Positions 23,675-33,911 of a DNA stretch of 64,000 bases are shown here, piece by piece; position 1 is the first letter of the stretch; every line of letters starts with the position of its first letter. The stretch spans positions 45,012,001 to 45,076,000 of the forward strand of contig NC_092345.1 in NCBI RefSeq assembly GCF_963676685.1, written 5' to 3'. The position numbers and the translations under genes were made by a program. The notes under the pieces were generated by a model. It was not told where the DNA came from, made no database searches, and was given only the letters and a program-made list of their open reading frames with translations. The DNA comes from Mytilus edulis. Its lineage: Eukaryota.

Positions 23675-26600
23675 TTAAGAAAAAATAAATTGTTTAATGC
23701 ATATATATATAAATCAGCATATGTGAACAACATTTAAAACATACATGTAAAATACAAGTTAAAATCTGCATAGATCAGCAGATGTTTCTCCTTATTTTGT
23801 ATATTTGAATATTTTGTATTTTAAACATTCACCGTTTCCATTCTCAGTTGTTTGATACATGGTTTTATATTAAACATGAATAGATTTTAAAATGGACCGA
23901 AATAATCACGAATTTAAATCATGAGTGTTAAACCACACATCAGAACCGAATAGATATTAAGAGTTGGGAAATAAAAAAACAAAATTAAACATTTATTAAT
24001 CATAACCTGACGCTTTTCAAATTAAATTAGTCAAAAATCATAAAAAAAAATATGATATTATAAAAATAATTACTAAACATTATATGAACGAATCAGTTAC
24101 AGCAGGGGGAAACGTCCATTTCTCTAATTTTTGCGCTATTATCACATTTCTTGATCGATGTGAGAACAATATTTTCCCTCACTAGTGAATAAGCTGTTGT
24201 CGGCAAATGATTGGTCGAAATTGTATTGTGACGTTGAATTTTCTTGGTTTTTTTTTCTGAATTTTCCTATTGTGAAGATATGGTAAAAAGGCGACCATGC
24301 TTGATGACGTCACATAAAAAGTAAACATATCATTAGAGAAACAGATTCCACCACTTTAACTCGTGTAGTATGATTTTTCTCCACTCTCAACTGTTAAATT
24401 TTAATTATTTATAAAGCTTTGCCAGCCTCGCGCTTTAAATATTAAAATTTAACGGTCTCGAGTGGAGAAATATCGTAGCACACTTGTTGCAGTTATGGAA
24501 TCTATATATCAAAGACCACATCGATTAATCAGCGCTTATCTCACCATTGATAATGCAGAGTTGTTCGGATTTGTTCCCCAGAATTCTATATTCTTTAGGC
24601 GGGTTAATTTTCAATGAATTAGATCAAATATATTATAGGAATATATTTACTCTTTTCTATAATCTCCATATGCATTTCTTAAAAGAGAATTCACAATACC
24701 TAATGTAATATTATACATCATAAATTACATTTTACTGAAAAATGTATGAGACAATCTTTCAGATGAAGAAAGGCAACTGTTATATTTCTGATGAATACGT
24801 TACACATGTAGTTGTTACGACTTTATAGAATGTATAGGCTTATATCGATGTTGATATGATGTATAGTTATGTTTACCTTTTATACTGATATTTCCGCTTT
24901 CTCTTATACGACTAAGTGCAAAGTACAGTCTTATTTCGATGTATGATGTATATTCATTTTTTTGGGTATCTCTATTAAACTTTTAATTCGAAAATCTGAA
25001 ATTTGAATTTAGGCAAAAATGATAAGTGTTCTGTCGTTAAGAAATGATGTCTCCAAAATGCTCGTCTTTTTTTCGCCTAAAATAATAATATGGGTGGTCG
25101 TCAATTTAACTTTCTGGTCAGCAGGATTTCCGATGCTATGAAAAAATCATAAACAGGCAGAATAGTTTTGTTTTACCTTAGACCCGATGGGACCTTGTAC
25201 CCTATTCACAATCTGAATGTATAAGCATCAACAATCATCTCTTTATCTAATTCAACACAATTAAGAAGCAAACCTCAGTTATAGAAAATATTTATTGATT
25301 TTCAAATGCTGAAAAAGAGTTATATTCCAACAACATTTGATAAGAAAGTATAATATTATCATACATGATTAAACAAATATGTCATGCACATGTTACACAA
25401 GACAAATAGGTACAAATGTATTAAAAATGTTGTCAGACAATGTTATGCGTTTTCCAGGCTGTTTGTGACGTTTCAATACTAAATCCACGGAATGTGTATT
25501 GATTGCAATTATTGTGGGAGACGAAGATTCATTCATATGTAATAACTACTTTTGAACTAGCTTCCGATACCTAATAGAACACTTAAATCGGTGTTGTTTT
25601 GTCTATTAGTTTTATGATACTGTTTGTTTGTGTTATTACCAATCTTTTGATGCATGACCTAAGCCAATTACAACTGATTATTACAATAAGCTTGAACATA
25701 TATTATTGTTCAAAATGACAAATAAACCAATAAAGAAAAATACTTTATATAAGAGGCAGCAGACAAAATCAACAATCTGAGATTATAAAAATGTTATGTA
25801 ATAAGTAACCATAATGCGTTTTCGAAGGTCAATATTTAGGTTATACTTGCTATATTAGTACTGGCTTATAGAAAGGCAAATGTTAACTTGATGATTTTTC
25901 AAACAAAAATCCATGTGTTGCAAAACAAAGATACAAAGAGGACAAGCAGAAACCACAGGTGGTTGAATGACAGACTACATATCAATCACAAGAATAAGGA
26001 CGAAAAGACAAAAACAAAGTCCATCAAATACATCAATAAAAGCAAGATTATGTAAAACGAACTGGGGAAGTTTGACAATAATGTCGTCAGTTGATAAGTT
26101 TTTTTTATTTCAGCTATTTAGCTTATCATTAGTAAGACAAGAAGATTAAAAAATCAAGATACAAACATGTTGACATAAAGATGTGATTTTAAATTTTAGT
26201 AAGGGGAGGGAGAAGGGGGTGTATGAAGCTACATTGTAAATGCATATTCTTTTATCATGTCAAACTCTGAACGTTGTGTTGTATGTTGCCCCTTTTTCAG
26301 AATCCTGGAAGAGCATCTAAATGTCATTAAAGATTTAAAGTTTCTTTGATCTTAGAAAAAAGAACTCTCTTTCTTTGTCCATCATACGGAATAGTTTGCA
26401 TGTCGCTTAATAAAGTAGGGTAGTTTTCAAGGTATGTTACATACAAGATAGAAGCAATATATATCATATTGGTAGTTTAACAACTATTACCAGGGTCACA
26501 GATCAACAATGATTTTTTTCTACTTTTTCCCATCAGTTTGATTTGAAACTAAAATAGAAAATAATGTTGATTCATTTTTCGTATACTGGTATATTCTAGA

Positions 26601-26714
26601 AATGTCAACATTATTCAATTCTATGTAATAATTGCATAATATTAAAGACAGTATGAAGTTCAATAGACTGCACAACAGCAGTCAATATTCATCAATATTT
26701 CATCAATTATACAT

Positions 26715-26925
26715 GATGAGTGCGGCATGTGGAGCAGGATATGCTTACTCTTCCAGAGCACCTGAGATCACCCCCAGTTTTTGGTGGGATTCGTGTTGCT
26801 AAGTCTTTATTTTTCTTTGTTGTGTTTGGTGTTCTTTTGTTTGTCTATCTTTTCTTTTTAAGCCTTGGCGTTTATTTTCAATTTATGAGTGTGAATGTCC
26901 CTCGGGTGACTTTTGCCATTCTTTT
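26715..26925 (+). repeat. Interspersed repeat (3' part of a Penelope-like family); related copies at ~44135-44350, 46590-46815, 51520-51645
   Basis: Shared motif gagcaggat...cttac...ccagagcacct...atcacccc...gtgttgct; two of the other copies directly follow Penelope-like RT remnants. Confidence 0.6.
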
Positions 26926-27759
26926 AGCAGCAGTGATTTGTATCTCAGGTGATTACATTGAGAACTTAAGTTAGTTTTCAGTAATTACAAGCATTCTTTC
27001 ATACAGTAGTAATTTAATATATGGAAACAAGACCACATGGTATAAAGTAGGTATATGGTACTATTGACCTCATACAAAAATCACTTTTCCATTGTGGTAA
27101 TAGATATTTTGTTTTATGAGGTCAAAATTTCACAGGAACCTGTATGATGTCCAGAATTGGAGGACAAATAGCGATCAGTTATATATGGCAGATGAAAAGG
27201 TTGAAGCACTTTTTGTGTGGGTTTGTGCTCTAAAAGTTACAGATGTATACAGTGCATAAGGTCCTGAGTTTGATTCTGACTCTGGGACCTAAAAATATCA
27301 GTACATCTGAAGATTGTTTTTTTTACTCTCCCACAAACATCTCTGTCCCTTGGTACCCAGACCAGAGTTTAAGCTAGAATGGGTACATCCTTTGTGCAGA
27401 CAAATAGCGCCAAAGTCAATGGGAAGTATCATCTCAGGATCAGTTATTAGTCATATGTCTTCGAAGATTTTTTTATGCATTTGGGGACATAATCAGGATA
27501 ATTTATAAGATAAGACGACGGGAAAAAAAGTTGAAAAGCTAGATTTACGTCGCTTTAACATTGGGTGCATATTGGGTACTGTAGCATTATTATTTTCATC
27601 TGTAAATGTACTTGTAATGACTGTCCAATTTTCTTCATAACTTTCACATATACATCGAAAAAAAGGTGGACCTTATATCCTATTGAGGCTTCTCAGATTC
27701 CGGAAATGATACCGAATTTTGTTTTCGTATTAGAATTAATGTTATTGAAAGCGGGAAAT

Positions 27760-29532
27760 TTACGGTCCTTTTCTAATCAAACATTCTATAACAATGTCAG
27801 GTGCAATATGCAATTGGTATTCATTTGGAACTAGAAGGTCTACGTCGGCTGCTTCATTGTAGAATTTTCGATCTTGCCAATTACATGGGAAAGAACACAT
27901 ACAGTTAACTTAAAATTTTTTTTTATGTAAAACATGTCAACTTAAATAGTGTTTTGGTGATGATTTCTTTTAATATCACTTGCAAAACTGTCAGTTTGTG
28001 AAATAAATTTTAAAAAATATACGCTAGAAACCAATCACTTTCTGTTAATTCTTATAAAATGTTAAAACTTTTAAAACAATGACCAGGTTTAAATGTTGAT
28101 TTTTCCCCTAGATTTGTTGTATTTAAGTTGGACAAATTCAATATTGCTTCAAATATTTTCAGTGCATTTTTGGTATAAAAAATATAAAAATAGACTCAAA
28201 GGAAAGTTCAAAAAGGGAAGGCCATAAAAACTGACAAAATCAAACTTTATCAATCACAATCATATATTTACTACAAATAGCTTTTATTTTTGATAATGTT
28301 ACCCGCAAAAAAAAACCCCACATAAGCCACAATCTGGATTCAAATTTGTATTGTAATTAACAAAGCTATAAAGAATATCTTAGGTATACAATTTTTAAAC
28401 ACTTCCATATGTAAGTAAACGATTTGAACAGCTTTTTTTATATTTGAATTAACTTTCTGATAAAAAAGCTGATCAATTTCAAATGAATCTCTAGAGTCAA
28501 TAACCCTCAGCTCATGAAATTTTTACAAACGAATGCGTCCCTACATAATTCAAAGAAATGGAGGCTTATAATTCTTACCTTGAATAATAGAGATTAATTA
28601 TAAAGAATAGAAGTCCCGGAAAATTGTCGTTAAACTACCATTTGTGTAATAGAAAATTTGACAATATTCATAAATATTAACTCCAACTTATATGAAATAA
28701 CGCGCTTAAACAAAAAAATCATAAACTAATTCCGTAATTAATATAAAGATCTTTTTTGGCTGATGATTAGCAAAGAAATTTAATTATACACACAACAGTC
28801 ATTATGATAAGAATACATAAGAGAAGAATTTCATGCAATTACCACCACCCTTACATATAATGATAGGCAGGTATTACAATGTAGATAGAGAAAATAGATT
28901 ATGTACTATGTGCAATAACAATATTGTAGAAGATAAATACCATGTTATTCTAGAATGTAATAGATATAGTAATGTAAGAAAACTATACATTAAGAAATAT
29001 TATTGGCTATATCCATCCACTTTTAAACTTATACAGTTGTTATCAGTTCACAATGTGAAAGAACTTAATAATTTAGGTAAAATTTTGTTTAATATTGAAA
29101 AAAATCGTAATATGTAGTTGTATTAGTCATTCATCATATGAATTTATTTTCATTCTCCGCCATACATGTATTGTGTATAATTATTCTTATTTATATTACA
29201 CTGACGCATTCAAAAATATTGTAAAATGTATATTCTATAAGCTGTATTGCTTCTGAATAAAGTATACAAAAGATAAGACTCATATAATTACCACCACCCT
29301 CACATAGTATGCGATGTATATTATCACATTAAAACGCTAAGAAATACTCTTAATTAATTGCACAAAGTTACTGGTGGCATCACCTGCTAAAGCTTTTCAT
29401 CTATTCATTACTTACAAGCAAGGCAAATGTTTTGTCGTATACAAATAAACTATTTTCTACAAAAAAGGACTTACCTTGTTTATAACAGACAAGAACAGCA
29501 AACAACAAAGCAATTGTTGCCCTCAGAAGCAT
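27760..29532 (-). pseudogene. Gene B, truncated paralogue: exon 1 29475-29532 (MLLRATIALLFAVLVCYKQ) and partial exon 2 27760-27908 (VNCMCSFPCNWQDRKFYNEAADVDLLVPNEYQLHIAPDIVIECLIRKGP*)
   Basis: Collinear with gene A from ~27762 to ~30165. Homology stops inside exon 2 at CCG TAA; no exon 2 donor and no exons 3-5 found. The acceptor T-tract is largely replaced by an A-run. Confidence 0.85.
28863..29262 (+). mobile_element. 5'-truncated LINE (RTE-X-like): ORF2 C-terminal CCHC region plus 3' UTR, inserted in gene B intron 1
   Basis: GRY..V.RE.RLC..C....VED.YH..L.C..Y...R...I.KYY motif (ORF 28833..29117), AATAAA at ~29256; absent from gene A intron 1. Confidence 0.75.
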
Positions 29533-30436
29533 GCTGTAATTGTAAAGTTTGAAGAGCTTAAATCTTCACTATTCAATATCACAACGTTTTTGTTTAGTGC
29601 GTTTCTTGTACAGTTGTACTATACAATTTGCAAATTTTCTCTTTTTATATTTGAGAGAAAACAATGAATTTAATATGTTCTCTCTATACTCTGACGAGTG
29701 TCTTATTATGATTGGGTGAAAATCTCTTTCAATAAGAAAAAAGTTTTAAAATCAATGAGATTATTTTAAACGCATACATAAAAATACTTAAGAAAAAATA
29801 AATTGTTTAATGCATATATATATAAATCAGCATAAATATGTGAAAAAAACAATTACAACATACATGTAAAATACAAGTTAAAAACTGTACAGATTAGCAG
29901 ATGTTTCTCAATATTTTGAATATTAGTATATTTTGTATTATAAACATTCACCGTTTCCATTCTAAATTGTTTGATAAATGGTTTTATATTAGACATAAAC
30001 GAATTGTGGACAGAAATAAACACGAAATTAAATCATGAGTGTTAACCCACACATCAGAACCGAATAGGTATTAAGAGTTGGAAAATAAAAAACAAGACAA
30101 AACATTTATTAATCATAACTTGACGCTTTTCAAATTAAATTAGTCAAGAATCATAAAAAAAATAGTGTGTAAAAAGTCGAAAAATATTGTCAATGACATA
30201 TTCTGTTTTTAATAGGAGCATTGTTTTAAAAAAACATTATCGATCCACATACAAATTCATGTATATTTATTTAGATTTCATTTTGTTTGTCTTTTCTTTG
30301 AATCATATTAATTTTCAATTATTTTCAGTTGAGATATGATTTAGTGAATCAGTTTATTTAGAGTAAGTCAAGACAAATAGTTTACACATCAATGATATAA
30401 ATGAGAACCAGAACTCTTGTAACACAATTTTAAATA

Positions 30437-30865
30437 GATTGATTGATTGATTGTTGGTTGCTTAACGTCCAGTGGCAAATATTTCATTCATATTCAGGAC
30501 GGTAACAAGTTCACAATAAATGCAATAGGTCTTGTCATAATAGAGGCCGTTCGGGATGATAGTCGGGGAAATTTGGACTGCCACAGAAAAATGAGGGTAT
30601 ATTGGATAGGGACAGAAATTTTGCATTATAACAGGCGGTCTACGGGCCCTCAAAGAGTTGTTTAAAGGGTTCTTAACGTGCAAAGAACGTTGCACTCTCT
30701 TTACACGAGACATCGGATTTAACGTCCCCAATCCGACCGGACGTGACTGCGAACTTAATACATCCCGCACAGCCAAGCGGACGCCCCACTTCGGTAAGCG
30801 TTTTACTGCCAGTCGGGAGAATGCCAAGTGACCATATTTCTATTCCCCAGTCACCCTTGTGGGCT
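30437..30865 (-). mobile_element. SINE with (AATC)n tail and a Nin-domain-like core
   Basis: (GATT)n at 30437-30453, GC-richer body, core gggttcttaacgtgc...acacgagacatcggatttaacgtc...atccga resembling the Nin SINE domain (recalled, not searched). Confidence 0.6.
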
Positions 30866-32069
30866 ATGTTTTGCATAGATAAGGATACTGTAAGATTATG
30901 TATGACCATTCGTTTCATGTGTTTTGTCGTTTGATTTTGCCATTTGATTCGGGAAATTAACTCATCATAGACTTTCCGTTTTGAATTTTCCTCGGAGTTC
31001 AGTATTTTTGTTATTTCACTTTTTTCGTCGTTTAAAATAAAATAATCTTTAAGTGTTTGGTACTTGTTTTATCGATTAAAATTTGCATTACGGCTAAGAG
31101 TACTCAATTCAAACGCCAATCTTTTTATTAAAATGGTTCTTAATCATGACAGTTGACTATGATACTAACATCAATATACATATCAAATGTGTAATTGGCA
31201 GTAAAATAAGAAATGGTTGTTGCAGTTTAAACAGTACGTGGAATCCCGCTGAAGTATTTAGTTGATTTTTGACATGACGTCGCTCAAAATATATAATAAA
31301 TGCGAGATTTTTTTTAGATGTATTAGTTGAATTTTGTCATGTTTATTTAGTTCTTTTATGTTAATACTCTCCAGCAACAAAAGCCACAACTTTCGAACAA
31401 AACAGATCCATCTAGACAGTTTTATTTTACAGCATTTCTTGATTTATAGCTTTATAAGCTTTAAATTGAAGAATAACTGCAATAAAATCATCTTGAAATT
31501 TGAATTGGTTGGTGACAAATAGTCAGAGACTTTTGTTTTGTTATTTGTCAACACGCAAAATATTTTACGAACCTGAGTTAGATTATGAAAATTTACAATG
31601 ACACTTTTCAGATTCCGTGTATAAAAACCGTTTTTCCTCTTGCCTTATAGATGTTTTTTTCTTTATTTTATTCTATATGCTATAAACTAATTTTTTCAAG
31701 AAGAAGAAACAAAACCGTGTAATTATTTTTAATCCGGAAAACTTTCATACGTTGTACACACATGCTCCCAGCGCAGTGCACAGGAACTTAATATATGTGT
31801 CCTTTAATATTGAATGACGATCTGGAGAAATACTTGAAATTTTGAAAAGTCTCAATTAAAACATCATAGAAATAAATATAAGTGACAATACAATATTATA
31901 ATCTATATGTCGATAATGACAAATCATAAGACCAAGAAAAAACATACAACTTGTCGTATAACTAAATCACAGTTGTCTTTCTTTTTCTAATAAAGAATCT
32001 AGTAACATCGTTGATGAAATAAATCAAGTGTATATGTTCCGTATCAAACTGCAAAAGAGATGTAAAAGG

Positions 32070-32300
32070 AAAAAGTGAAATGACAAACATACCAAACTCC
32101 AAGGATAATTCGATATTGAAAATACCTAATTAAATGGCAAAATCAAAAGCTAAAACACATCAAAAGAGTGGGAAACAACTGTCATTTTTCTGACTTTGTA
32201 CAGGTCGTTTCTCATGTAGAAAAAGGTGGATTAAATCTGGTTTTATAGCTAGTTAAACATCTCTTTTATATGTCTGATGCAAATACATTCAATTATAAGA
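32070..32300 (+). repeat. Abundant interspersed repeat (probable non-autonomous Helitron-like); copies at ~30900-31025(-), 48960-49325(-), 50720-50890(+), 56350-56815(+), and a decayed copy at 3200-3330 in each array unit
   Basis: Shared motif aaatggcaaaatcaaa...acaactgtcatattcctgacttggtacagg...gtagaaaatggtggattaaacctgg across the copies. Confidence 0.65.
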
Positions 32301-33339
32301 AAATTAGACAAAAGGATATTCCTTAAACTGTTTTAATTTCAATTTACTGTAAATTAAAGTCTCGGAATGACTAAGAATAATTTGCAGGACATTTACAAGT
32401 GCTTATCTTTTGTGATTTAGACAGTATTCAGTAATATAATCATATAAACATTTACCCTTATACTTTTTAACCATTCTCTTTTCTTGGCGTTGTACCAAAT
32501 TAAGTTTGCATATTTTTTTTTTTGCAATATTTTATAGATTTGATTAAAAAATATACACATTTGGTTGAATGTAGTATTTCAACCCCTCTATAAAAGGATA
32601 TTTTATGATAATATTCATCTATCTGGACATAAAAGAAAATGTGTTTCTTGTGTAGAAAAATACTGCAATCTGATTGATTAATTATCCCGGTGTAAATTGT
32701 TCACCCCTGGATAAATACAATTTTGCCAAAAAATAAAAAGTATAAGAAATTTGCAAAACTCAACACAAAATACAACGTCAAAAAGTCAAAAAAATGAAAA
32801 ATATAAAAAATAAAAAATAAATAAATTTGATGCCAAAAATTTGTAAAAAAAGATATTTCCTGAATATACAAAAAATAAAGAAAGAAAAAGCATTTGACTA
32901 TACGCAGAAACATCGTTGAAATCGCTGAGATTTTTTCATTAGCCTTTTTCAATTTTACTTCCCGGTTTAAAAATGAGTAAATAAATTCGTTATCTTAGAT
33001 GCTCCCCAGGGTGTATGAATTTACAAAAACGGTGTAAAATTCTGTACACCCCTGATTACTTCAAGATAACTAATGATATTTCCCAACTAATTCTCGTAAG
33101 GTAGCTTTAAAAGAAATCTACGAGCCAAAAGCGAATTAACACTCTTAACTGTTCATTGCTACTTAACATAACACTTTAATTTCGAATTTCGAATTTTGCA
33201 TTTCTTTTATATTATGGAAATGAGTTCTGCTAGGTGTTACATAAAAACCTTATACTTATTTACTTAACATGAAAATGATATAAAGCTAAACTTACCGAAA
33301 CTTTTTTATAACTTTCGTTCCATCTGTGCGAATGGTTAA

Positions 33340-33911
33340 GGGGGCTCGGGGGTCTAAATCATTTTTTTTTTATAATATAGGATTTCTCTATATTTTTCTA
33401 TAAATAAACTTTATCTCATTCTGAATAGAAAAATGAAAAAAAAATGGCATCACCGTTCATTTAAGCTCAAAATCTGCCTTCGAAAGGAGCATACATTTTT
33501 GTTAATGTCATTTTTTCTGTTTTTGTTTTCTGGAGAAATAGCCGTAATATCGAAATAAAAAAAAAAAAAAAAACTGAATTACAGACATCGCTTAAATTTT
33601 ACAATTATTTAGTCTATGTACAGCTTATTCGAAAACAATAATAAAAGATATACGTCACCAATGAGTTAAAAAAGAGATTTCAATTTAAATGCCAAAAAAT
33701 GGCATTTATGCACCAAAGGGAGATAATTTGGAGCTTTTTCAATGATAACTACATTTTAAAAGTCAGCTGGGGCCAACACGAATTGATTTTTTTGGAATAA
33801 TTTTTGTACCATTTAATAAGGTAACAACTACTAAAGGTAATAAACAAAATTTGTAATGAACAATTAAAGTTTTTTAATTTTTTTCTGAAAATCTTATACC
33901 CGCGAGCCTCC
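33340..33911. mobile_element. 572-bp Kolobok-type MITE
   Basis: TTAA flanks (33336-33339, 33912-33915); imperfect TIR GGGGGCTCGGGGGTCTAA vs GGAGGCTCGCGGGTATAA. Confidence 0.8.

Larger units (their letters stand above)
2876..24656. repeat. Tandem array of 8 x ~2.65 kb units (promoter + exon 1 + intron 1 of gene A). Unit starts approx. 2876, 5523, 8173, 10849, 13493, 16150, 18803, 21452
   Basis: The motif aattatgtaaaacatgtcaactaaaatag and the whole unit recur about every 2.65 kb with only scattered SNPs/indels. Unit 8 is longer because of a 571-bp insertion. Unique sequence resumes after tactctttt at ~24656. Confidence 0.97.

Noticed and set aside
2876-24656. Array as rDNA, histone, tRNA/snRNA cluster, CRISPR or tandem LTR elements
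   Set aside because: No rRNA, histone, tRNA or snRNA motifs, no repeat-spacer pattern and no TG...CA LTR features. The unit maps onto the single-copy promoter/exon 1/intron 1 of paralogue C.
2876-24656. Array as a pure assembly artefact
   Set aside because: Units carry non-homopolymer substitutions shared in phased blocks and a unit-specific transposon with a TSD. The exact copy number still needs read support.
27490-27672. ~60-codon minus-strand open frame downstream of gene B (PPFFRCICESYEENW...) as a replacement exon
   Set aside because: No start codon, no convincing splice sites and no similarity to exons 3-5.
30447-30934. Four overlapping ORFs in a GC-richer patch
   Set aside because: They lie within a SINE; lower stop-codon density explains them.
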